From the NCBI GenBank assembly GCA_964016885.1, contig OZ024742.1:338706001-338770000 (forward strand): a DNA stretch of 64,000 bases, written 5' to 3'. The DNA comes from Eledone cirrhosa (lineage: Eukaryota). A model generated the notes under the pieces. The model saw only the letters and a program-made list of their open reading frames with translations, was not told the origin of the DNA and did no database searches. Below are positions 54,125-64,000 of the stretch, piece by piece. Position 1 is the stretch's first letter, and each line of letters starts with the position of its first letter. A program made the position numbers and the translations under genes.

Positions 54125-54480
54125 TAAATGGAATAGAATGAAACGAAATTTCATTTCTTACTCTTAGTACGGCAGTTACTTAAATGTAAGTATGTATGTA
54201 TGTATGTATACGTACATATATATATGTATACAAACGTACAGTAGTATGTATATATATACATACATGCACACATATATATATGCACGTATCGGTTTACCGA
54301 ACATTTATTATAATGCTCGGCGTAATTCGGGCTGTTTGTTTGTTTACAAACAAACCGAGCATTATAATAAATGTTCGGTAAACCGATACGTGCACATATA
54401 TATGTGTACATGTATGTATATATATACATACTACTGTACGTCGGTATACATATATGTATGTACGTATACATACATACATA
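54125..54480. mobile_element. Family F foldback lacking the hammerhead
   Basis: 54185-54320 mirrors 54357-54480. Same sequence as 18490-18720. Confidence 0.75.
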
Positions 54481-54487
54481 CATACAT

Positions 54488-55875
54488 ACGACCCAACAGA
54501 AATGTGCGACCCAACAGAAATGGAAAGACACATCCAACACTTCATCAACCGCATGCAGTTCTCTGGCTACAACCAAAGAGACAGAGTCAGAGTATACGAA
54601 GGAGCCATGGAGAAGTATAAGACCCTCATAGAACTAGACATGAAAGGAATTTGCCCATTATACAGGAGCAAATCATGGAATAGCTTAGATAGGGCTAGAC
54701 ATAGACATAAGATAGGGAAAGCCACCTCATGGTACGACAACCAGAGATACCAGAGTGTCATGTTTGTGGACGCTACCCCTGGAGGGAAATTAGCTAACCA
54801 GTGTAGAAAGGCCCTGAGAAAGACCCACTTAAAGATTAAGGTGGTAGAAAAGCCAGGAACCACCATAAAATCCCTGATTAGCAAAACCTACCCTTTTAAG
54901 AAAACCCACTGTACTAATAGGAAATGTATCATATGTAAGGTAAACCCCCGGATAAACTGTAAAACTAGAAACGTAGTCTATAGCATAAGATGTACAGAGG
55001 GTACTTGCAGAAACATGACAACAACATACATAGGCGAGACAGCTCGTAGCATAGGTGAAAGGATAGACCAACAATGGGGGGAACTAAAAGGACGAAAAAA
55101 CGGGTCAGTACTATACGAACATGCCAGACAACAACACGACGGTAACATAGACAATATAGAAATTAGAATAATATCTAAACATAGAAATGACCCAGCAGAT
55201 AGGCATATAGGAGAGGCCAGTGAAATAGAACTTAGAAGGCCAAGACTAAACAGAAAGAATGAATGAAATAACAACAACACCCAAACAAACAACACTAACC
55301 TAAGAGAAGTATAAATAAATAAATAAATAGATAAATAAATAAATACATACACAAGCACAATAACAACAAACACATATAAACACACACTAGTAAAGACATT
55401 AACCAATACACAGTCACCCAATCACGAACACACATCAAACAAAACACTATACACACACGCAAACGCATGCGCAAAGAAGACAAAATAAAATAAACAAACA
55501 AACAAATAAATAAATAAATATATAAACAGACTAAATAAAGATGGCGTAGACATACAATGTAACGGGAGGAAACAATAGCACCACTGACGATGTTGCAGAT
55601 GTGCAACGAAAGAACTTTGATAAACTATATATATGTGTTTGTGTCTATATTGTATCTGTATTATTTTTGACCGTTGGTCAGTCAATGGCAACATTGAGGA
55701 CCGAATAAATTAGATTACCGATATAAAAGACACAGAAGCGAAAAGCGAAAACCAACCAAACAGTGAGTGTCTTCTGTTATTAATTCTGGCAATATTACAC
55801 AAATATGACCCTCCCTAAGTATAACAATATTTGTTTCGACACACGATTTCATATAAAAAAACCTCGCAAAACTAA
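54488..55875 (+). mobile_element. PLE 3' fragment: RT thumb plus GIY-YIG (ORF to 55266), 3'UTR, hammerhead-like motif at ~55581-55620
   Basis: RMQFSGY..PLYR..SVMFVDATP..C..C..C..NCKTRNVVYSIRC..YIGETARS..R..E..LN. CTGACGATGTTGCAGATGTGCAACGAAA. Confidence 0.88.
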
Positions 55876-55927
55876 TATATATATATATATGTATATAAGT
55901 GATAACACAACAGTTAGTTCACCATAC

Positions 55928-55965
55928 CGAGAACAATTGTTTCACCTTACCGGATCTTCAGCTCG
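55928..55965 (-). ncRNA. Minimal type I hammerhead ribozyme
   Basis: CGAG-CTGAAGA-TCCGGTAAGGT-GAAA-CAATTG-TT-CTCG. Palindromic stem III, weak stem II. Confidence 0.6.
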
Positions 55966-55985
55966 TACTGGTCATGGTTATACGG

Positions 55986-56105
<120 letters not shown>

Positions 56106-56217
56106 TTCCTTCGAAAGAAACGGTCCTAGTCCTCTAGAAGCCATTTCTATATTAAATATTTACACTCTGCTATGTATTGAGTACCTTACTTACTGTGGTT
56201 ACTCCCGATTGAACCCG

Positions 56218-56263
<46 letters not shown>

Positions 56264-56549
56264 AAAATTTGGAGGTGAATAACAGTTATTATCGAGTGGC
56301 TGCTATTTGCAGTATAGCGATATAAGGTTGCGCTTCCCAATGAAACGGTCGTAAATACCTGGATAAAATCCTTTTTTTAATGTTTACCTGTGTTTTCTCT
56401 TTTACTGTTTATACTCCAAGATTGAACTGGATTTACTAACCAGATTCTTGCAAACTTATGGCGTTACCCCTAACCGTACGTTGGAAATCGTCCCAAAAGC
56501 TGGCTATCTTAACCACGAACTGGATTACAATAAGAATTTTCCTGCTTTC

Positions 56550-56696
<147 letters not shown>

Positions 56697-56976
56697 TTGA
56701 CGGTACTAGCATAAGGTTTCCCTGCTAGTACCGGTTGCATCCCAGCGTACTCAATAGATAAGGTTATGTAAATCCTAGGGTAGACACAAAGTTATTTGCT
56801 TCAATAGAACACACGTAAATGGATACCATAAATTTATACCCGCACTCGAGTTTCGGTCACACATAATGCATATGTATATATACAGAGAATATATATATAT
56901 ACATACTCACTCACAAATATATTTGTGAGTGTATATAGAGGAAGAGAGGAACGACTGAGTAAGAGAAAGCGAGTGA

Positions 56977-57049
<73 letters not shown>

Positions 57050-57240
57050 TTTGATAAGATTAGATCGATGGATTTGAACATTAGGACAGAGAATGCATAG
57101 CTTTTTTAAATAGAGATATTATAGTTGAATGGAAATTTAGATTTTCTGAAGACAGAGTGTGATGGATTAAGATAAAACAACAGAGGTGAAAAATCCTACA
57201 TAGATAATCTTTCTATATAAATAGACAGATAGATTGATAA

Positions 57241-57350
<110 letters not shown>

Positions 57351-57649
57351 CATCAGAAGTAAATCCTTGTATCTTTAAAGACAGTGCTGCTACACATTAA
57401 TGTGATGTGAAGATTAGATAAGTCTAGTAAGATTGAAAGAGATCGGCTTTGTGATTGTGATTGTAATAGATAACATATCGTATGTTCAGAAAACAAACAT
57501 TGGATTAGAATAAGAAAACGAAGCATTAAGCGAGAGTTAGCTTTTAGCAAAAGAAAAACCGAGGAACTGAATAAAATACTGTACATAAGATACAGATTTT
57601 TGTCTGCTTAGTTCACTATTTAAGATTATCATTTTTTTAAATGTAAATC

Positions 57650-58050
57650 AGGCAAAGAGGACAATGAAAGAAAGGAGAAAAAGGAAAGCAAGGAGAGAAT
57701 GTTGAACAAGGAGAGTAAGGAGCAAGGAGAGCAAGGATAACAGGAGACCAAGGGAGAGGGCAAAAAAGGAGAGCAAGGAGTAAAAGGAGAGCAAGGGTAG
57801 CAAGGTGAACAGGGGAAGAATTTGAGCAGAGACAAGAATGAGAGAAAAGGTGAGCAGGGAGAGCAGAAAAAGGAAGATTAAGGAAAATAAAGAGAGTAAG
57901 GAGAAGGGGAGGAATTATAGGATTTGGAGAGCAAGGAGAAAAAGAAGAGCAAAGAGAATGAGGAGAACGTAAATTGCAATGAGAGCAAAGAGAGGAAGAA
58001 GAGAAAATAGAAAAAGGAGAGAATGATGAAAAGAAAGTAAGGAGAGTCAG
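57650..58050. repeat. Purine-rich degenerate 9-bp repeat (GGAGAGCAA)
   Basis: Seen directly. Confidence 0.75.
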
Positions 58051-58066
58051 GAGTCTCTTTCTCTCC

Positions 58067-58168
<102 letters not shown>

Positions 58169-58199
58169 AAGATACTATTCATAGCTATGTATATACTAT

Positions 58200-58635
58200 A
58201 CTATAAATAACTATAAACAGGAAAGGTCAGTAATTTATTACTACCTTATTACCAGTAACAGAAATAGCTCAATGTAAGAACATCAGGTGTTTTACAGAGC
58301 AGGAATATAGATTACACAATTATCAAAGTTATGTTCAAATCATTTAATCGCTGATAATTGTTTCTTCCAAACTTTAGTTTGGAGTCATCGGAGCATTATC
58401 AATGTTTGTACATATAATTAACCTCCTATTCAACTGAAGAATCATATAGATACATATATATTGATGTTGTGAACAACAGTTTAGTATATATAGGGTGTAA
58501 TGGATGCGACATATATCAAACGAGAATTATACAGTACAAACATTGATAATGGTCCGATGACTCTAAACTAAAGTTTGGAAGAAACAATTGTCAGCGATTA
58601 AATGATTTGAACATAACTTTGATACTTGTGTATTT
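58200..58635. mobile_element. Foldback with hammerhead-like motif (58320-58412 mirrors 58534-58624)
   Basis: CCGATGA-CTC(C/T)AAAC taaa GTTTGGAA-GAAA-CAATT(G/A)TC-AGCG in both arms. Confidence 0.6.
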
Positions 58636-58766
58636 TATATATATATATATATAGTGTATGTGATTCAGAGAATTACCGGTGGTGGTACAAAAACAGGCAC
58701 ACGAAACGCTCGTAATAGGTCGATACACAATAAAAATCTAATTATATTTATTCACCATTCTTATGA

Positions 58767-58824
<58 letters not shown>

Positions 58825-58826
<2 letters not shown>

Positions 58827-59040
58827 CGTAGGCATTACAATACAACGGGAGGAAACATAATAATACCACTGATGATGTCACAGATGTGTGACGAAAGAAC
58901 TTTGATAGACTATATATATATATATTTATATCTGTATTTTTAACCGCTGGTCAATCAATGATAAACATTGATTGCCAGATAAATTAACTATGGAGATATA
59001 AAAGACACAGAAGCGAAAACCAATCCAAACCAAACAGTGA
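58825..59040 (+). mobile_element. pLTR fragment of the 54488-55875 PLE family
   Basis: Aligns with 55545-55766. CTGATGATGTCACAGATGTGTGACGAAA. Confidence 0.75.
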
Positions 59041-59227
59041 GGATTGCCAGTATCGGTAGAGGGTCGGACGCCATGCTTTCCAGCATAGTTACGTCCCTTT
59101 ACGGTCTGAGTTCAAATCCCGCCGAGGTTGACTTTGCTTTTCATCCTTACGGAGTCGATAAAATAAAGTACCAGTAATACATTGGGTAATTGCTGGCCTT
59201 GTGCCAAAAGTAGAAACAATTATTATT
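59040..59227 (+). mobile_element. Meta/Deu-like SINE
   Basis: Near-identical to 7797-7990. Confidence 0.85.
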
Positions 59228-59757
59228 TCCTGCAATATTATAACAATATGGCCCTCCCCACATATAACAACATATATATATCAAGTTTAATAACGGAGCT
59301 AAGTAATCCACGTGGATTACTTAGCTCCGTTATTATGGCCCTGAGCTTAAACCCAACGGCTTTTTTAAAACTTCATCTGCATTCTCTCGGTTACTTGCTT
59401 ACATGTACCATTGGCCCGTGTTCCCCCTTCTATCGGTATATTTACTATTTTTTACCCTTTTTTTCTTTTTTTCTTCCTTTTTTCTTCCCTCATTCTTCTT
59501 TTCTTTCTCTCCCTCGTGGCCTTTTGATAGATAAAAGGCTATGGGCGCGTTACAGATAGATGTATAGTTTATAATGTGCCGAAACACCTGTGACCCGTAG
59601 TAAACTACTGACGAAGGGAGACTGTCCATCTCTTGCTTGTGTCTCCCTGCCTTCTAACACCCGTTATCAGTAACCACACACCACCTCATCTCAATCCATA
59701 TATATTACTCTTTTACTCTTTTACCTGTTTCAGCCACCCGGCTGAGGCCATGCTGGG

Positions 59758-59889
<132 letters not shown>

Positions 59890-60093
59890 TTAACAGTAGA
59901 ATACTGGAAGGTTATATCCGTGGTAGTAGAGCACTCAGCCCATGGGATGAGTTTGGTAGAAGTAGTTCCACAATAGTTAGTACACCATACCGAGAACAAA
60001 AACATTTGTTCTCCGTATGGGAACTAACTGTCGCGGAACTTCTTCTATATATAAATATATATAATATATATAATATATATATATATACATATC

Positions 60094-60290
<197 letters not shown>

Positions 60291-60920
60291 ACACACACAT
60301 ATATAATGGAAAGTGTCAAAGATGAAATTTTCAGTTATTTCACAAACCCGGCTAAGACAAACGCAACAAAATAAAATAGAAAACAAAGAAACATATAAAA
60401 ACGAAAAACAAAACAAAACGCATCTTGCTGCAGCTGCATTATTCTTCTCTATATAATAGATCCGTTTATATGTGACGATGTGGACGTTAAATGAAGGTAT
60501 TAATACTTAAGTTTGTTGATGTTCGTGTCTTCAGAGAGGATAAAAATTATGAAAGAGGCGATGTCCGTATAATGTCATTCTTATAACTACCATGACGACA
60601 TGATATGCTTAATCTTGTGATATATACACACACAAACGTATACTCATATATATATATATATATATTGTTATACTTTGGGAGGGTCATGTTGCCAATAAGA
60701 AACACACGCACCAGTTGCTTTCACTTCAATTTATTATATATATATGTACTTACATACAAACATATATATATATATGTACATATACACACATATATATAAA
60801 TATACACACACACATATATATATACACACACACACACACATATATACATATACACACATATATATACACTCAAACATACACACGTATGTTGTGTATAGAT
60901 GAAAGAGAGGATAAGGTGTT

Positions 60921-61023
<103 letters not shown>

Positions 61024-61605
61024 ATGAAATGACAGGAGGCTGGATTTGTGTAAATCCTTGAAAGGTTTATTATACTATGATCATTTCAATGACCGGGTTC
61101 CGTATGAATCCGGTGATATCATCAGGTATTCGAAATATAATACGTGAATGTAATAGGTAAAATCCATGGGGCTGAAAATCGAGACCCGAGGGCGACCGCT
61201 ATTCTGTTCCTTCAACCTCAGCCGGTCGCCCTGGAGTGACGTGGCTAAATTTTATAGTATGCTACTACCGGTCAGATGAACGAAAACAGAAAGAGATGGG
61301 AGCATAGGTTAACGTCGATCCCATGACACAAGGTAAAAGAAAGAAAGAAAGGAAGGAGAAGAAGGGGGAAGAAAGAAGAAGAGAAGTCAGGGTTAATGTC
61401 AGCTAAAAGAGGAAGGTAACTACTGCTGGTCAGATATAGGCAAGCAAGAGGGGGAAGGAAGATAAGTCTGCGGGAGTAATAGCACCACCAACTACAAAAA
61501 CAAAGACGGTTGAACTGCTTTACGTTGAGTACTCTCTATATTATTGCATTACGATTGACCATACGGAATAGACCAGCTCTATACAGTGGTGAACCTCAAA
61601 CCTGA

Positions 61606-61638
<33 letters not shown>

Positions 61639-61641
<3 letters not shown>

Positions 61642-62052
61642 CGAAGGAAAAGTGGTAAGGAACCAGATGGACAATAACGCACCAAAGTACTCAATACTTA
61701 GGGTAGTAGAGTGGGTAATAGGAACGAGTAGGACCTCGACGGCTGAGCTCAAGCCGTCTCGACGGGTAATTTTTTTTTTTAAGTCCAGAATTAGCCGTCG
61801 AAACGCCTTGAGCTCAGCCGTCGGGGTCCTACTCGTTCCTATTACCCACTCTACTACCCTAAGTATTGAGTACTTTGGTGCGTTATGGTCCATATATATA
61901 TATATATATATGGTCCATCTGGACCATATATGGTCCATCTGGTTCCTTACCACTTTTCCTTCGTTATATATATATATATATTCATATATATATATAACGA
62001 AGGAAAAGTGGTAAGGAACCAGATGGACCATATATGGTCCAGATGGACCATA
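61639..62052. mobile_element. Family G double foldback (61639-61770 mirrors 61790-61965) with local duplications
   Basis: Both arms carry the tail. Extra palindromic ATGGTCCA..TGGACCAT duplications. Confidence 0.75.
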
Positions 62053-62174
62053 TATGTTTTTATTTTTATTCTTATTTTTACTTTTACTTCCTTAATATCC
62101 TTTATCTTCTATTATTTTTCATTCTTCAATGTCTTGGATTTGTTATTGCTTGTATGGTATGTAATTAACCTTTA

Positions 62175-62220
62175 TGCTCTGATGAGTCCCACTTATAGTG
62201 CGGATGAAACAATGTTAGCA
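62175..62220 (+). ncRNA. Minimal type I hammerhead ribozyme
   Basis: TGCT-CTGATGA-GTCCCAC ttata GTGCGGAT-GAAA-CAATG-TT-AGCA. Confidence 0.7.
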
Positions 62221-62438
62221 AGTAAAGATATGCATATGCTATAGGCGTTCTTTGTTATTTATTATATATATATTCATATATATGTACGTGTGTGTGCGAA
62301 CACCTTATCCTCTCATTTATACACAACACACGTGTGTATGTTTGAGTGTATATATATGTGTGTATATGTATATATATGTGTGTGTGTGTGTATATATATA
62401 TATGTGTGTGTGTATATTTATATATATGTGTGTATATG

Positions 62439-62519
<81 letters not shown>

Positions 62520-62805
62520 ATGTGTGTGTGTGTTTGTGTGTATTCATACGTACATATATGCGTCCATATATACACACATATATCCATCTGCGTGTGTGCG
62601 CGTGCATGTACCATGCAATATATTCAAGACCGCGCAACAAGGATAATTTTTAATACCCTCACAAAGATATTTATGATATCTTCAGGAACACTTTTTAATA
62701 CGTTGAGACATTGAGCGCCAAACATATTGGTGTGACGTAACAATTATTTATGTATATAGGAATTTACTTGGATAAAACGGATAAAAGCCGATTTTCCTGA
62801 CTACT

Positions 62806-62843
<38 letters not shown>

Positions 62844-62847
62844 TATA

Positions 62848-63040
62848 TAATTGTTTCTACTTTTGGCACCAGGCCTGCAATTATCCCAGTGCATTACTGG
62901 TACTTTATTTTATCGACTCCGCAAGGATGAAAGGCAAAGTTAACATCGGCGGGATTTGAACTCAAATCATAAAGGGAGGTAACTCTATGCTTCAAAGCAT
63001 GGCGCCCGACCCTCTACCGATACTGCCAATCCACTGCCCT
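62848..63040 (-). mobile_element. Meta/Deu-like SINE
   Basis: Reverse complement of the 7797-7990 family. Confidence 0.85.
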
Positions 63041-63058
63041 AATATATATATATATATA

Positions 63059-63713
63059 TAATGAAAAATAAAAGTTACGGGCGAAAGAAAGGAGTATCCT
63101 CGTCAGTTGTCTACTAGGAATCATTGGTATTTCTTCGGGTTAGAGACAATATACCTTAGCCTTGGGCGAACAATAACTAAAATAAGTTATTGGGATAAAA
63201 GAAGTGGGGTGGGGGTGGGGGTGAGAAAAATATGTAAAGACACGAAGGGTGAAGCAAAGTACAGAGAGGAAAAATAGGAAAATATCAAGTCAACAACTCA
63301 TGTCTAACGTAAGAACTGGCGAATTCTGACGAGAGAGAAAAAAGACACGTCTTAGCTGTAGCAGTGTTAGCGAGAGAAGAGGCTGCGTACAGTGGCGGAC
63401 GAGGGAGGAAGTGAGCTAGCAGAGAGAGGATGACTTGCAGAGAGGGAGGGAGTGAAAGTAAGAGGAAGCGAGAAAGAGATAGTTTAGTGGGAGGCTAGCC
63501 GAGATAAGGTGACTAGCAGAGGGGATGAGCAAAAGTAAGAGGAAGAAGGAGAGAGAAGGGGAGAGAGAGAGGATAGCAGCACAGGGAGAGAAAAGAGACG
63601 GGTCACAGCGAAGAAGGGAGCTTATGTGAATAAAAATGGCGAGCTGTGTGGTTGCATTTAAGTATAATGAAAAATAAAAGTTACGGGCGAAAGAAAGGAA
63701 TATCCTCGTCAGG
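63059..63713. mobile_element. ~610-bp unit with 47-bp terminal direct repeat in (TA)n (probable mini-PLE)
   Basis: AATGAAAAATAAAAGTTACGGGCGAAAGAAAGGA(G/A)TATCCTCGTCAG at ~63060 and ~63666. Confidence 0.55.
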
Positions 63714-63749
<36 letters not shown>

Positions 63750-63764
63750 ATATATATATATATA

Positions 63765-63900
63765 TGAAAAAGTATAACCCCGGCGGCAGAGCTCTGCCGT
63801 CGGGTTAAACTTTTTCCTATTACCCACTCTACTACACTAAGTATTGAGTACTCTGGTGCGTTATGGTCCATCTGGTTCTTTACCACACCTCCGTCGTTAT
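63765..63900 (+). mobile_element. Family G minimal foldback (short hairpin plus tail)
   Basis: AACCC(C)GGCGGCAGAGCTCTGCCGTCGGGTT palindrome followed by the family G tail. Confidence 0.7.
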
Positions 63901-64000
63901 ATATATATATATATATATTATACACACACACACACACAGACACACACAGGCACACACACACACACACGCGCGCACACACACGCACACACACGGCAAGGCT

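Overview
Repeat-saturated eukaryotic intergenic or intronic DNA. An octopus or other cephalopod is the most likely source, inferred from the SINE/LINE repertoire and extreme microsatellite density. No host protein-coding gene or host RNA gene can be supported. The window is a nest of retroelements: Penelope-like elements (PLEs) of at least three lineages, R4/Dong-type RLE LINEs, RTE LINEs (one family with three C-terminal C2H2 fingers), Tx1/L1-type LINEs, two tRNA-related SINE families, a ~2.1-kb non-autonomous LTR element and a 28-bp satellite. Two patterns stand out. (1) Many short hammerhead-ribozyme-bearing PLE-derived units sit in (TA)n tracts as asymmetric foldback palindromes; they include a ~440-bp ORF-less, circularly permuted, retrozyme-like family and U3-A8 compensatory hammerhead cores. 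(2) Each retroelement clade appears tied to its own microsatellite: PLE with (TA)n, R4/Dong with (CATA)n, RTE with (TATG)n, Tx1 with (ATT)n or (TATC)n. R4/Dong 3' ends abut RTE-type 3' tails tail-to-tail three times. Coordinates were read by eye and may be off by a few bases. Clade names come from recognised motifs, not database searches.
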